64,000 nucleotides of DNA, taken from assembly GCF_003019035.1 (NCBI RefSeq), contig NZ_CP027447.1, one strand, 5' to 3'. The translations under genes were made by a program, and so were the position numbers. Positions 39,545 through 54,556 of the stretch are shown piece after piece. The notes under the pieces are model-generated. The model worked only from the letters and a program-made list of their open reading frames with translations. It did no database searches and was not told the origin of the DNA. The DNA is from Escherichia coli (GTDB lineage: Bacteria; Pseudomonadota; Gammaproteobacteria; Enterobacterales; Enterobacteriaceae). Within the stretch, counting starts at the first letter, position 1. Every line of letters starts with the position of its first letter.

Positions 39545-40960
39545 ATGGCTAGTATTTCAACGCTTGGGGTTGGGTCGGGGCTGGACTTAAGCAGCATCCT
39601 TGACAGTCTGGAAGCGGCAGAAAAATCTACCCTGACGCCGATATCAAAACAGCAAAGCTCTTATACCGCGAAACTGAGCGCCTACGGGACGCTGAAAAGC
39701 GCACTAGAGAGCTTCCAGACAGCCAACACAGCACTGAACAAAGCCGATTTATTTACCGCCACCTCAACTACCAGCAGTTCATCGGCTTTCAGCGCCACCA
39801 CCACGGGCAGCGCGATTGCCGGGAAATACACCATTAGCGTTAGCCAACTGGCGCAGGCACAGACGCTGACCACCCAAAATAGTCAAAAAGACAGTAAAGC
39901 TGCCATCGCCACCAGCGATAGCGTACTAACCATCCAGCAAGGTGGCGGTAAAGATCCGGTCACGATTGATATCAGCGCGGCTAACTCGTCACTTTCCGGC
40001 ATTCGCGATGCCATTAACAACGCCAAAGCTGGTGTCAGCGCCAGTATCATCCATGTGGGTAACGGCGAGTATCGTCTGTCCATCACTGCTAACGATACGG
40101 GCAGCGATAACGCTATGAAACTTAGCGTCAGCGGCGACAGCGCCCTGGAAAGTTTTATGGGTTACAACGGAACGTCGGGTGATAGCAGCAATGGCATGAT
40201 TGAAAGCGTCACTGCGCAAAACGCCAAACTGACAGTCAATAACGTTGAGATTGAAAACAGCAGTAACACTATCAGCGACGCGCTGGAAGATATCACCCTC
40301 AACCTGAATGACGTCACCACCGGTAATCAGACACTGACCATCAGTAAAGACACATCCAAAGCTGAAAATGCGGTTAAAGCGTGGGTGGATGCCTATAACT
40401 CATTGCAGGATACGTTCAGCAGCTTAACCAAATACACCGCTGTCGATGCCGGAGCAGAGAGTCAGGACTCCAGCAATGGCGCATTACTCGGTGACTCCAC
40501 ACTGCGTACCATCCAGACTCAGCTTAAAACCTTGCTCGCCAATACTCACAGCAGTTCAAACTATAAAACGCTGGCACAGATTGGCATTACCAGCGATGCC
40601 AGTACCGGCAAGCTGGAAATCGCGACCGACAAACTGCAAACGGCGCTAAAAAAAGATGCCGCTGGCATCAGTGAAATGTTTATAGGTGACGGTAAAAGTA
40701 CAGGGGTAACCACCGGCATTAGTAGCAACCTAACCAGTTGGCTCTCTTCCACCGGGATAATCCAGGCCGCAAAAGATGGCGTCAGCAAAACGCTGAATAA
40801 TTTGACCGACCAGTACAACGCAGCCAGTGAGCGTATCGATACCTTAATGACGCGCTATAAAGCCCAGTTCACCCAATTAGATGTGTTAATGAACTCGCTT
40901 AACTCCACCAGTAGCTATCTGACACAGCAATTCGACACATCAAATAGCAACTCGAAATAA
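39545..40960 (+). CDS. fliD: Flagellar filament cap protein FliD
   Basis: 471-aa ORF MASISTLGVGSGLDLSSILDSLEAAEKSTLTPIS...; conserved termini, divergent from K-12 FliD internally. Confidence 0.94.
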   Translation: MASISTLGVGSGLDLSSILDSLEAAEKSTLTPISKQQSSYTAKLSAYGTLKSALESFQTANTALNKADLFTATSTTSSSSAFSATTTGSAIAGKYTISVSQLAQAQTLTTQNSQKDSKAAIATSDSVLTIQQGGGKDPVTIDISAANSSLSGIRDAINNAKAGVSASIIHVGNGEYRLSITANDTGSDNAMKLSVSGDSALESFMGYNGTSGDSSNGMIESVTAQNAKLTVNNVEIENSSNTISDALEDITLNLNDVTTGNQTLTISKDTSKAENAVKAWVDAYNSLQDTFSSLTKYTAVDAGAESQDSSNGALLGDSTLRTIQTQLKTLLANTHSSSNYKTLAQIGITSDASTGKLEIATDKLQTALKKDAAGISEMFIGDGKSTGVTTGISSNLTSWLSSTGIIQAAKDGVSKTLNNLTDQYNAASERIDTLMTRYKAQFTQLDVLMNSLNSTSSYLTQQFDTSNSNSK

Positions 40961-40975
40961 TCTTCAGGAGAAACT

Positions 40976-41386
40976 ATGTACGCGGCAAAAGGCACCCAGG
41001 CCTATGCACAAATTGGCGTCGAAAGCGCCGTAATGAGCGCCAGCCAACAGCAGCTGGTCACCATGCTATTTGATGGAGTGCTGAGCGCACTGGTTAGAGC
41101 GCGCCTGTTTATGCAGGACAACAATCAGCAAGGCAAAGGCGTCTCTTTATCAAAAGCGATCAACATCATTGAGAACGGGCTGCGGGTGAGTCTTGATGAA
41201 GAGAGCAAAGACGAATTAACCCAAAACTTGATTGCTCTTTATAGCTATATGGTCAGGCGTTTGCTGCAAGCCAATTTACGCAACGATGTCTCCGCAGTCG
41301 AAGAAGTGGAAGCATTAATGCGCAATATTGCCGATGCCTGGAAAGAGTCTTTACTCTCCCCTTCTTTGATTCAGGACCCAGTCTGA
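40976..41386 (+). CDS. fliS: Flagellin-specific chaperone FliS
   Basis: 136-aa [37 protein letters not shown]... matches FliS. Confidence 0.95.
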   Translation: MYAAKGTQAYAQIGVESAVMSASQQQLVTMLFDGVLSALVRARLFMQDNNQQGKGVSLSKAINIIENGLRVSLDEESKDELTQNLIALYSYMVRRLLQANLRNDVSAVEEVEALMRNIADAWKESLLSPSLIQDPV

Positions 41387-41751
41387 TGAACCACGCACCG
41401 CATTTGTATTTCGCCTGGCAACAACTCGTCGAAAAAAGCCAGCTCATGTTACGCCTGGCAACGGAAGAACAATGGGACGAACTCATCGCCAGCGAAATGG
41501 CGTATGTGAATGCGGTGCAGGAGATTGCACATCTGACTGAAGAGATTGACCCGTCCATCACGATGCAGGAGCAGCTCCGCCCGATGCTGCGCCTGATTCT
41601 CGACAACGAAAGCAAGGTAAAGCAGTTATTACAGATTCGGATGGATGAACTGGCGAAACTGGTCGGTCAGTCATCGGTGCAAAAATCGGTGTTAAGTGCC
41701 TATGGCGATCAGGGCGGCTTTGTGCTGGCTCCGCAAGATAACTTCTCGTGA
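41386..41751 (+). CDS. fliT: FliD chaperone / anti-FlhDC factor FliT
   Basis: 121-aa [37 protein letters not shown]... matches FliT. Confidence 0.94.
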   Translation: MNHAPHLYFAWQQLVEKSQLMLRLATEEQWDELIASEMAYVNAVQEIAHLTEEIDPSITMQEQLRPMLRLILDNESKVKQLLQIRMDELAKLVGQSSVQKSVLSAYGDQGGFVLAPQDNFS

Positions 41752-41828
41752 ATCTTAACGAGCTAATGGCTCGCGAATAATCCGATTACGGCTACGCTTC
41801 TAATGTTCCCCTTGAATGGAGTCGAAGA

Positions 41829-43316
41829 ATGCGTAATCCCACGCTGTTACAATGCTTTCACTGGTATTACCCGGAAGGAGGTAAGCTCTGGCCTGAACTG
41901 GCAGAGCGCGCCGACGGTTTTAATGATATTGGTATCAATATGGTCTGGTTACCGCCAGCCTATAAAGGCGCATCGGGCGGGTACTCGGTCGGCTACGACT
42001 CCTATGATTTATTTGATTTAGGCGAGTTTGATCAGAAAGGCAGCATCCCTACTAAATATGGCGATAAAGCACAACTGCTGGCCGCCATTGACGCCCTGAA
42101 ACGTAATGACATTGCGGTGCTACTGGACGTGGTAGTCAACCACAAAATGGGGGCGGATGAAAAAGAAGCTATTCGCGTGCAACGTGTAAATGCTGATGAC
42201 CGTACGCAAATTGACGAAGAAATCATTGAGTGCGAAGGCTGGACGCGTTACACCTTCCCCGCCCGTGCCGGGCAATACTCGCAGTTTATCTGGGATTTCA
42301 AATGTTTTAGCGGTATCGACCATATCGAAAATCCTGATGAAGATGGCATATTTAAAATTGTTAACGACTACACCGGCGAAGGCTGGAACGATCAGGTTGA
42401 TGATGAACTCGGTAATTTCGATTATCTGATGGGTGAGAATATCGATTTCCGCAATCATGCCGTGACGGAAGAGATTAAATACTGGGCGCGCTGGGTGATG
42501 GAACAAACGCAATGCGACGGTTTTCGTCTTGATGCGGTCAAACATATTCCGGCGTGGTTTTATAAAGAGTGGATCGAACACGTACAAGAAGTTGCACCAA
42601 AGCCGCTGTTTATTGTGGCTGAATACTGGTCGCATGAAGTCGATAAGCTGCAAACGTATATTGATCAGGTGGAAGGCAAAACCATGCTGTTTGATGCGCC
42701 GCTGCAGATGAAATTCCATGAAGCATCGCGCATGGGGCGCGACTACGACATGACGCAGATTTTCACGGGTACATTAGTGGAAGCCGATCCTTTCCACGCC
42801 GTGACCCTCGTCGCCAATCACGATACCCAACCGTTGCAAGCTCTCGAAGCGCCGGTCGAACCGTGGTTTAAACCGCTGGCGTATGCTCTAATTTTGTTGC
42901 GGGAAAATGGCGTTCCTTCGGTGTTCTATCCGGACCTCTACGGTGCGCATTACGAAGATGTCGGTGGTGACGGGCAAACCTATCCGATAGATATGCCAAT
43001 AATCGAACAGCTTGATGAGTTAATTCTCGCCCGTCAGCGTTTCGCCCACGGTGTACAGACGTTATTTTTCGACCATCCGAACTGCATTGCCTTTAGCCGC
43101 AGTGGCACTGACGAATATCCCGGCTGCGTGGTGGTCATGTCGAACGGGGATGATGGCGAAAAAACCATTCATCTGGGAGAGAATTACGGCAATAAAACCT
43201 GGCGTGATTTTCTGGGGAACCGGCAAGAGAGCGTAGTGACCGACGAAAACGGCGAAGCAACCTTCTTTTGCAACGGCGGCAGCGTCAGCGTGTGGGTTAT
43301 CGAAGAGGTGATTTAA
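41829..43316 (+). CDS. amyA: Cytoplasmic alpha-amylase AmyA
   Basis: 495-aa [50 protein letters not shown]... GH13 family. Confidence 0.95.
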   Translation: MRNPTLLQCFHWYYPEGGKLWPELAERADGFNDIGINMVWLPPAYKGASGGYSVGYDSYDLFDLGEFDQKGSIPTKYGDKAQLLAAIDALKRNDIAVLLDVVVNHKMGADEKEAIRVQRVNADDRTQIDEEIIECEGWTRYTFPARAGQYSQFIWDFKCFSGIDHIENPDEDGIFKIVNDYTGEGWNDQVDDELGNFDYLMGENIDFRNHAVTEEIKYWARWVMEQTQCDGFRLDAVKHIPAWFYKEWIEHVQEVAPKPLFIVAEYWSHEVDKLQTYIDQVEGKTMLFDAPLQMKFHEASRMGRDYDMTQIFTGTLVEADPFHAVTLVANHDTQPLQALEAPVEPWFKPLAYALILLRENGVPSVFYPDLYGAHYEDVGGDGQTYPIDMPIIEQLDELILARQRFAHGVQTLFFDHPNCIAFSRSGTDEYPGCVVVMSNGDDGEKTIHLGENYGNKTWRDFLGNRQESVVTDENGEATFFCNGGSVSVWVIEEVI

Positions 43317-43349
43317 ATTCATCCCCGGCGGCAAGCCGGGGAGATTTCA

Positions 43350-43763
43350 TTACGGCAGTGGCGTCGGTAACGGCGCTTTATCCAGCGCGGCGGCACACTC
43401 TGCCGTCGGGCGATCCACACGCTCCATCGTCATACCATCGTACTCAATGGTGTTACCGTCACGCTCAACCTCGTACAGCTCACGTTTTACGGTAACGTTA
43501 GTGAGATCATCAGACATCAATGTCAACTTACCCGGCACAGCAATCACCCGCTGCCACTGACGGCAATCCAGAGTATCGCCCTCTTTAGTGACAATCAGGC
43601 TGCCTATCGCTTCCGGACTGACCAGCGCACGTTGCGGCCCTTTGGTCTGCCAGTAGCCCGCCAGCCAGTCCGGCGCGGGGGTTTTCACGACATTGTTATA
43701 GTTTTCGACTTCGGCACAGCCCGCCAGCAACATGAGCGCGCCTGCAATTGCGAGTTTTTTCAT
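43350..43763 (-). CDS. yedD: Lipoprotein YedD
   Basis: ORF MKKLAIAGALMLLAGCAEVENYNNVVK... with lipobox. Confidence 0.9.
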   Translation of the reverse strand: MKKLAIAGALMLLAGCAEVENYNNVVKTPAPDWLAGYWQTKGPQRALVSPEAIGSLIVTKEGDTLDCRQWQRVIAVPGKLTLMSDDLTNVTVKRELYEVERDGNTIEYDGMTMERVDRPTAECAAALDKAPLPTPLP

Positions 43764-43949
43764 CATTCGTCCTGCATGAGAAGAAAAGAGGATTGTGGCA
43801 TTAAAGCCCTGATGTCGCCAGCCTTTCCAGGTTCAGAGAGAAATTTGATCTAACTATTATTTTTGTGAATTATTACCCCGAAAATAAATGTGCATGATGT
43901 ATGATTCGCGACTCTTGTTTCAAACCTTCTGAGTTCAGAGGCTACATTC

Positions 43950-45155
43950 ATGTCATGGCAGCAATTCAAACACGCCTGGTTGATTAAATTCTGGGCACCC
44001 ATCCCTGCGGTCATCGCGGCGGGTATTCTCTCCACTTACTATTTTGGCATTACTGGCACCTTTTGGGCTGTCACGGGTGAATTTACCCGTTGGGGCGGTC
44101 AGCTCCTGCAGCTGTTTGGCGTCCATGCTGAAGAGTGGGGTTATTTTAAAATTATCCATCTGGAAGGATCGCCATTAACCCGCATCGACGGGATGATGAT
44201 CCTCGGTATGTTTGGCGGCTGCTTTGCCGCAGCGCTGTGGGCCAACAATGTCAAACTACGCATGCCGCGCAGCCGTATCCGCATTATGCAGGCCATCATT
44301 GGCGGCATTATCGCCGGTTTTGGCGCGCGTCTGGCAATGGGCTGTAACCTGGCGGCGTTCTTTACCGGCATTCCTCAGTTCTCGCTGCATGCCTGGTTCT
44401 TTGCCATCGCCACTGCCATTGGTTCATGGTTTGGCGCGCGCTTTACCCTGCTGCCCATCTTCCGTATTCCCGTGAAAATGCAGAAAGTTTCTGCCGCCTC
44501 GCCGCTGACGCAAAAACCGGATCAGGCGCGGCGTCGTTTTCGTCTCGGGATGCTGGTCTTTTTCGGCATGCTGGGCTGGGCGCTGCTGACGGCGATGAAC
44601 CAGCCCAAACTGGGGCTGGCAATGCTGTTTGGCGTCGGCTTTGGTTTACTGATTGAACGTGCGCAAATCTGCTTTACTTCGGCGTTCCGCGATATGTGGA
44701 TCACCGGACGTACCCATATGGCGAAAGCAATCATTATCGGTATGGCGGTAAGTGCCATCGGGATCTTCAGTTACGTACAGTTAGGCGTTGAACCCAAAAT
44801 CATGTGGGCAGGACCAAACGCGGTAATTGGTGGTTTACTGTTTGGTTTTGGCATCGTGCTGGCAGGCGGCTGCGAAACCGGCTGGATGTACCGCGCGGTA
44901 GAAGGCCAGGTGCACTACTGGTGGGTCGGTCTGGGCAACGTGATCGGCTCAACGATTCTGGCGTATTACTGGGATGATTTCGCTCCGGCGCTGGCCACCG
45001 ACTGGGACAAAATCAACCTGCTAAAAACCTTTGGTCCGATGGGTGGCCTGCTGGTGACATATTTGCTGTTGTTTGCAGCTCTAATGTTGATTATCGGCTG
45101 GGAAAAACGCTTCTTCCGCCGTGCGGCACCGCAGACTGCTAAGGAGATCGCATGA
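43950..45155 (+). CDS. yedE: Putative selenium/sulfur-compound transporter YedE
   Basis: 401-aa polytopic membrane ORF at the yedE position. Confidence 0.9.
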   Translation: MSWQQFKHAWLIKFWAPIPAVIAAGILSTYYFGITGTFWAVTGEFTRWGGQLLQLFGVHAEEWGYFKIIHLEGSPLTRIDGMMILGMFGGCFAAALWANNVKLRMPRSRIRIMQAIIGGIIAGFGARLAMGCNLAAFFTGIPQFSLHAWFFAIATAIGSWFGARFTLLPIFRIPVKMQKVSAASPLTQKPDQARRRFRLGMLVFFGMLGWALLTAMNQPKLGLAMLFGVGFGLLIERAQICFTSAFRDMWITGRTHMAKAIIIGMAVSAIGIFSYVQLGVEPKIMWAGPNAVIGGLLFGFGIVLAGGCETGWMYRAVEGQVHYWWVGLGNVIGSTILAYYWDDFAPALATDWDKINLLKTFGPMGGLLVTYLLLFAALMLIIGWEKRFFRRAAPQTAKEIA

Positions 45156-45385
45156 AAAATATCGTTCCTGATTACCGTCTTGATATGGTGGGTGAACCCT
45201 GCCCTTATCCGGCAGTCGCCACCCTTGAGGCGATGCCGCAGTTAAAAAAAGGTGAGATCCTGGAAGTGGTGAGCGACTGTCCGCAGTCGATCAATAATAT
45301 TCCACTGGATGCGCGTAATCACGGCTATACGGTGCTGGATATTCAGCAAGACGGGCCGACCATTCGTTATTTAATTCAGAAGTAA
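45152..45385 (+). CDS. yedF: TusA-like sulfurtransferase family protein YedF
   Basis: 77-aa ORF with CPYP motif (MVGEPCPYPAVA); 4-nt overlap with yedE. Confidence 0.9.
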   Translation: MKNIVPDYRLDMVGEPCPYPAVATLEAMPQLKKGEILEVVSDCPQSINNIPLDARNHGYTVLDIQQDGPTIRYLIQK

Positions 45386-45493
45386 TCCCTCATTCCCGCT
45401 GTGGCCCACAGCGGGAACATCGTTACCTCTGTATCACATAGATTTTACCCGCCCCCTCTCCTATTCTTTTCAGTATGATCTCAGGAGGTTTCT

Positions 45494-46162
45494 ATGTGTG
45501 GACGCTTTGCCCAATCCCAAACGCGTGAAGATTACCTTGCGCTTCTCGCGGAAGATATTGAACGCGATATTCCCTATGATCCCGAACCCATTGGCAGATA
45601 CAACGTCGCGCCGGGAACCAAAGTCCTTCTGCTCAGTGAACGTGATGAACACCTTCATTTGGATCCGGTTTTCTGGGGATATGCTCCCGGATGGTGGGAT
45701 AAACCGCCGCTGATTAATGCCCGCGTAGAAACTGCCGCAACCAGTCGCATGTTTAAGCCGCTCTGGCAACATGGTCGGGCAATCTGTTTTGCCGATGGCT
45801 GGTTTGAGTGGAAAAAAGAAGGCGACAAAAAACAGCCTTATTTTATCTATCGCGCTGACGGACAACCTGTTTTTATGGCCGCGATAGGTAGCACACCGTT
45901 TGAGCGTGGTGACGAAGCCGAAGGATTTTTGATCGTCACTGCGGCGGCAGATCAAGGTCTGGTAGATATTCATAACCGCCGCCCGCTGGTACTGTCGCCA
46001 GAAGCTGCACGGGAATGGATGCGGCAAGATATTGGCGGTAAAGAAGCCTCTGAAATCGCTACCAGTGGCTGTGTGCCAGCAAACCAGTTCACCTGGCACC
46101 CGGTATCGCGCGCGGTGGGTAATGTCAAAAACCAGGGCGCGGAGTTAATTCAACCTGTTTGA
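45494..46162 (+). CDS. yedK: SOS-response associated peptidase family protein YedK (abasic-site DNA-protein crosslink protein)
   Basis: 222-aa ORF beginning MCGRFAQSQTREDY... (SRAP N-terminal Cys2). Confidence 0.9.
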   Translation: MCGRFAQSQTREDYLALLAEDIERDIPYDPEPIGRYNVAPGTKVLLLSERDEHLHLDPVFWGYAPGWWDKPPLINARVETAATSRMFKPLWQHGRAICFADGWFEWKKEGDKKQPYFIYRADGQPVFMAAIGSTPFERGDEAEGFLIVTAAADQGLVDIHNRRPLVLSPEAAREWMRQDIGGKEASEIATSGCVPANQFTWHPVSRAVGNVKNQGAELIQPV

Positions 46163-46272
46163 TAAGCCTGGAGATTATTGATCAACAATACTGCGTCATA
46201 AGAAATCTCTATTAGACAAAGATTTCAGTACCTGTTGGCATATTGCAAAAATAATACCAATACGGAATCGTC

Positions 46273-46752
46273 ATGTTCACGATTAAAACAGATGATCTCA
46301 CCCATCCAGCAGTGCAAGCATTAGTGGCTTACCATATTTCCGGCATGCTGCAGCAGTCTCCCCCCGAAAGCAGTCATGCTTTAGATGTGCAAAAATTACG
46401 TAACCCGACAGTGACATTCTGGTCAGTATGGGAAGGCGAACAACTCGCAGGAATTGGTGCGCTGAAGTTGCTGGATGATAAACATGGCGAGCTGAAATCA
46501 ATGCGTACCGCGCCTAATTATTTACGTCGTGGTGTCGCCAGTCTGATTTTACGCCACATTTTGCAGGTCGCCCATGACAGATGCCTTCATCGCCTGAGCT
46601 TAGAAACGGGTACACAGGCTGGATTTACGGCCTGCCATCAACTTTATTTGAAGCATGGTTTCGTTGATTGCGAACCGTTTGCTGATTATCAACTTGATCC
46701 ACACAGTCGATTTTTGTCATTGACGCTATGCGAAAATAATGAATTGCCATGA
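46273..46752 (+). CDS. yedL: GNAT-family N-acetyltransferase YedL
   Basis: 159-aa ORF at the yedL position. Confidence 0.85.
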   Translation: MFTIKTDDLTHPAVQALVAYHISGMLQQSPPESSHALDVQKLRNPTVTFWSVWEGEQLAGIGALKLLDDKHGELKSMRTAPNYLRRGVASLILRHILQVAHDRCLHRLSLETGTQAGFTACHQLYLKHGFVDCEPFADYQLDPHSRFLSLTLCENNELP

Positions 46753-47169
46753 GCCAGACGCAGCACATTCTTGCATTCGACGAGCTGCGCCTTTATTTAT
46801 TATCAGCCGCAAATGTCTTGTCCTTAGACGCTCTTTCCACATGCGCCACAAGAAACCTCTATTCCAGTGACACAATTATGCCTGATTATTTCCCTAGCCC
46901 GGAATATGAATAAAAACATCAAATAAGATGAAATTATCAAAATATTAATGTTGCGTCTGTGGTCGTAACAACAACCGACCTGGTGATGCGTGTTAAAGGA
47001 GACACTCTGATGTTCAGGGGGGTTATCACGTATACAGATCGTGGATGGCAGAAAACTTTCAGAATCAGGTTTCCATTTTAAACCAGAAATTGAGTGAGTT
47101 TGCCCCATCAATGCCCCACGCTGTGAGTTTGGATGTCATTAAACAAGCACAATCAACACGTAACACAAC

Positions 47170-47484
47170 CTACACCTGCATGCTCATCACTTCCTGATAC
47201 GCCGCTACCAGCTTATTACGCACCTGAATCCCCATTTGCATAGAAACTGAGGCTTTTTGCATATCGGTCATCACATCGTTTAGCGCCACGCCGGGCTCAC
47301 CGAGGGTGAATTTTTCTGCCTGGGTACGGGCGGCTGTTTGTGTATCGCTTATGCGATCGAGCGCGGCGTGCAGCTGCCAGGCAAAACTAATGGTCGGTTG
47401 CGGCAGTGATTCCTGCGCACGCGCACTCATCGCCGTGGTCTGTAACTGGCTGATAACCCCTTCAATCCCCTGTATCGCTGACAT
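47170..47484 (-). CDS. fliE: Flagellar hook-basal body protein FliE
   Basis: [38 protein letters not shown]... matches FliE; start at MSAIQ within track ORF. Confidence 0.94.
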   Translation of the reverse strand: MSAIQGIEGVISQLQTTAMSARAQESLPQPTISFAWQLHAALDRISDTQTAARTQAEKFTLGEPGVALNDVMTDMQKASVSMQMGIQVRNKLVAAYQEVMSMQV

Positions 47485-47698
47485 TTTCATCTCCCGGATA
47501 ATTTCTGGTAGCAAAGCCTACCAGTAAGTCAATAAGACAAAGGCGCTAAATAGCAACAAAAAAACGGGTTTATTGGCGGATAGAAAAAAACGAAAGCACA
47601 AATAATGGGAGCGTCAATTTTTCGAGTTTGCTGACCCGGGAGTGAGTCTTGTTCCACTTTGCCAATAACGCCGTCCATAATCAGCCACGAGGTGCGCG

Positions 47699-51023
<3,325 letters not shown>

Positions 51024-51024
<1 letters not shown>

Positions 51025-52397
51025 TGACCACGCGCCTGACTCGCTGGCTAACCACGCTGGATAACTTTGAAGCCAAAATGGCGCAGTTGCCTGCGGTACG
51101 TCGCTATGGGCGATTAACCCGCGCTACCGGGCTGGTGCTGGAAGCCACCGGATTACAATTGCCGCTCGGCGCAACCTGTGTCATTGAACGCCAGAACGGC
51201 AGCGAAACGCACGAAGTAGAAAGCGAAGTCGTTGGCTTTAACGGTCAACGGCTGTTTTTAATGCCGCTGGAGGAAGTGGAAGGTGTCCTGCCCGGCGCGC
51301 GTGTTTATGCCAAAAACATTTCGGCTGAAGGGCTGCAAAGCGGCAAGCAGTTGCCGCTCGGTCCGGCGTTATTAGGTCGCGTTCTGGACGGCAGCGGTAA
51401 ACCGCTCGATGGCCTCCCCTCCCCCGATACGACGGAAACCGGTGCGCTGATTACCCCGCCATTTAACCCATTGCAACGTACACCGATTGAACATGTGCTG
51501 GACACCGGCGTGCGCCCAATCAATGCCCTGCTTACCGTCGGGCGCGGGCAGCGCATGGGGCTGTTTGCCGGGTCCGGCGTTGGTAAAAGTGTGCTGCTGG
51601 GGATGATGGCCCGTTACACCCGCGCCGATGTCATTGTCGTGGGTTTGATTGGTGAACGAGGGCGCGAAGTAAAAGATTTTATTGAGAATATCCTCGGTGC
51701 CGAAGGACGTGCACGCTCCGTGGTGATTGCCGCTCCAGCGGACGTTTCTCCGCTCCTGCGAATGCAGGGTGCCGCCTATGCCACGCGCATTGCCGAAGAT
51801 TTTCGCGATCGTGGTCAGCATGTGTTGCTGATTATGGACTCCCTCACCCGCTACGCGATGGCCCAGCGTGAAATTGCGCTGGCGATTGGCGAACCCCCCG
51901 CCACCAAAGGTTATCCACCGTCGGTGTTTGCCAAATTACCGGCACTGGTCGAGCGTGCCGGAAATGGCATTAGCGGCGGAGGCTCGATTACCGCGTTTTA
52001 TACCGTGCTCACCGAGGGCGATGACCAGCAGGACCCCATTGCCGACTCCGCGCGGGCCATCCTCGACGGTCACATTGTGCTGTCTCGCCGACTGGCGGAA
52101 GCCGGGCACTATCCGGCTATCGATATTGAAGCGTCGATCAGCCGCGCAATGACGGCGTTGATCAGCGAGCAACATTATGCGCGAGTGCGCACCTTCAAAC
52201 AGCTGTTGTCGAGTTTTCAGCGTAACCGCGATCTGGTTAGCGTCGGTGCGTATGCCAAAGGCAGCGATCCAATGCTCGATAAAGCCATCGCCCTGTGGCC
52301 GCAGCTGGAGGGCTATTTGCAACAAGGCATTTTTGAACGCGCGGACTGGGAAGCGTCTCTCCAGGGGCTGGAGCGTATTTTCCCGACAGTGTCATAA
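51024..52397 (+). CDS. fliI: Flagellum-specific ATPase FliI
   Basis: 457-aa ORF with Walker A GSGVGKS. Confidence 0.96.
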
Positions 52398-52415
52398 CCC
52401 AGGAGATAACGGCAG

Positions 52416-52859
52416 ATGGCAGAACATGGTGCGCTGGCGACCCTGAAAGATCTGGCAGAAAAAGAGGTAGAGGATGCCGCGCGCCTGCTGGGTGAAATGC
52501 GTCGCGGATGTCAGCAGGCGGAAGAACAGCTCAAAATGCTGATCGATTATCAGAATGAATATCGCAATAACCTCAATAGCGATATGAGTGCCGGGATGAC
52601 CAGCAACCGCTGGATCAACTATCAGCAGTTTATCCAGACGCTGGAAAAAGCCATTACTCAGCATCGCCAGCAACTTAATCAGTGGACGCAGAAAGTTGAC
52701 ATTGCCCTGAACAGCTGGCGAGAAAAGAAACAACGTTTGCAGGCCTGGCAGACACTGCAGGAACGGCAATCCACGGCGGCACTGCTTGCAGAAAACCGCC
52801 TCGATCAGAAAAAGATGGATGAGTTCGCCCAGCGCGCCGCCATGAGGAAACCTGAATGA
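52416..52859 (+). CDS. fliJ: Flagellar export protein FliJ
   Basis: 147-aa [43 protein letters not shown]... Confidence 0.95.
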   Translation: MAEHGALATLKDLAEKEVEDAARLLGEMRRGCQQAEEQLKMLIDYQNEYRNNLNSDMSAGMTSNRWINYQQFIQTLEKAITQHRQQLNQWTQKVDIALNSWREKKQRLQAWQTLQERQSTAALLAENRLDQKKMDEFAQRAAMRKPE

Positions 52860-53983
52860 TTCGCATAGCGCCCTTGATTACCGCTGACGTTGATAACGCC
52901 ACATTGCCTGGCGGCAAAGCCAGCGATGCTGCACAAGATTTTCTCGCGTTGTTGAGCGAAGCATTAACAGGCGAGGCAACAACCGACAAAGCGGCCCCTC
53001 AGTTGCTGGTGGCAACAGATAAGCCCACGGCAAAAGGCGAGCCGCTGGTCAGCGATATTGTTTCCGACGCGCAACAAGCAGATTTACTGATCCCTGTGGA
53101 TGAAACACCGCCTGTCATCAACGACGAACAATCCACATTAACACCGTTAACCACCGCTCAGACGATAACGTTGGCTGCGGCGGCTGACAACAATACGGCA
53201 AAAGACGAAAAAGCGGATGATCTGAATGAAGACGTCACCGCAAGCCTGAGTGCCCTTTTTGCGATGTTGCCGGGTTTTGACAATACGCCCAAAGTGACTG
53301 ATGCACCGTCAACCGTGTTACCGACAGAGAAACCAACGCTTTTCACAAAACTGACTTCTGCGCAACTCACTACAGCACAGCCTGATGACGGCCCCGGCAC
53401 GCCAGCTCAGCCATTAACAGCGCTGGTAGCAGAAGCCCAGAGTAAAGCGGAAGTCATCAGCACACCTTCACCGGTGACCGCTGCCGCCAGCCCGCTAATC
53501 ACTCCACACCAGACACAGCCACTGCCCACCGTCGCCGCGCCTGTCTTGAGTGCACCGCTGGGTTCTCACGAATGGCAACAATCATTAAGCCAGCATATTT
53601 CGCTGTTCACCCGCCAGGGGCAACAAAGTGCAGAGTTGCGTCTGCACCCACAGGATTTAGGTGAAGTGCAAATTTCCCTCAAAGTGGATGATAACCAGGC
53701 GCAAATCCAGATGGTTTCACCGCATCAGCACGTACGCGCCGCCCTGGAAGCAGCGCTGCCGGTACTGCGTACGCAGTTGGCCGAAAGTGGCATTCAGTTA
53801 GGGCAAAGCAACATCAGTGGCGAAAGCTTTAGTGGTCAGCAGCAGGCCGCTTCCCAACAACAGCAAAGCCAACGCACAGCAAACCATGAACCTCTGGCGG
53901 GGGAAGACGACGATACGCTTCCGGTTCCCGTCTCTTTACAAGGGCGTGTAACAGGCAACAGCGGCGTTGATATTTTCGCCTAA
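52856..53983 (+). CDS. fliK: Flagellar hook-length control protein FliK
   Basis: 375-aa Pro/Gln-rich [27 protein letters not shown]... Confidence 0.94.
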   Translation: MIRIAPLITADVDNATLPGGKASDAAQDFLALLSEALTGEATTDKAAPQLLVATDKPTAKGEPLVSDIVSDAQQADLLIPVDETPPVINDEQSTLTPLTTAQTITLAAAADNNTAKDEKADDLNEDVTASLSALFAMLPGFDNTPKVTDAPSTVLPTEKPTLFTKLTSAQLTTAQPDDGPGTPAQPLTALVAEAQSKAEVISTPSPVTAAASPLITPHQTQPLPTVAAPVLSAPLGSHEWQQSLSQHISLFTRQGQQSAELRLHPQDLGEVQISLKVDDNQAQIQMVSPHQHVRAALEAALPVLRTQLAESGIQLGQSNISGESFSGQQQAASQQQQSQRTANHEPLAGEDDDTLPVPVSLQGRVTGNSGVDIFA

Positions 53984-54087
53984 CGTCAGAGGTAGCACCG
54001 TAATCCGCGTCTTTTCCCCGCTTTGTTGCGCTCAAGACGCAGGATAATTAGCCGATAAGCAGTAGCGACACAGGAAGACCGCAACAC

Positions 54088-54552
54088 ATGACTGATTACG
54101 CGATAAGCAAGAAAAGCAAGCGATCGCTTTGGATCCCGATTCTGGTATTCATTACCCTCGCGGCCTGTGCCAGCGCAGGTTACAGCTACTGGCATTCGCA
54201 TCAGGTTGCCGCTGAAGACAAAGCGCAGCAACGCGTCGTGCCCTCCCCGGTCTTCTATGCGCTGGATACCTTTACAGTCAATCTGGGCGATGCGGATCGC
54301 GTGCTTTATATCGGCATAACCCTGCGACTCAAAGATGAAGCTACCCGCTCGCGGCTGAGTGAGTATTTGCCGGAAGTCCGTAGCCGTTTGCTGTTACTGT
54401 TTTCGCGTCAGGATGCTGCCGTACTGGCGACAGAAGAAGGCAAGAAAAACCTGATTGCCGAGATTAAAACCACACTTTCCACCCCGCTTGTTGCCGGGCA
54501 ACCGAAACAGGATGTCACCGACGTGCTGTATACCGCTTTTATTCTGCGATAA
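54088..54552 (+). CDS. fliL: Flagellar basal body-associated protein FliL
   Basis: 154-aa [38 protein letters not shown]... Confidence 0.95.
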   Translation: MTDYAISKKSKRSLWIPILVFITLAACASAGYSYWHSHQVAAEDKAQQRVVPSPVFYALDTFTVNLGDADRVLYIGITLRLKDEATRSRLSEYLPEVRSRLLLLFSRQDAAVLATEEGKKNLIAEIKTTLSTPLVAGQPKQDVTDVLYTAFILR

Positions 54553-54556
54553 CGAC

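Noticed and set aside
42120-42719. 199-aa minus-strand ORF within amyA
   Set aside because: Antisense shadow ORF inside a clearly recognisable GH13 amylase gene.
45470-46099. 209-aa minus-strand ORF almost fully overlapping yedK
   Set aside because: yedK on the plus strand has the recognisable SRAP N-terminus (MCGRF...); the antisense ORF has no recognisable features.
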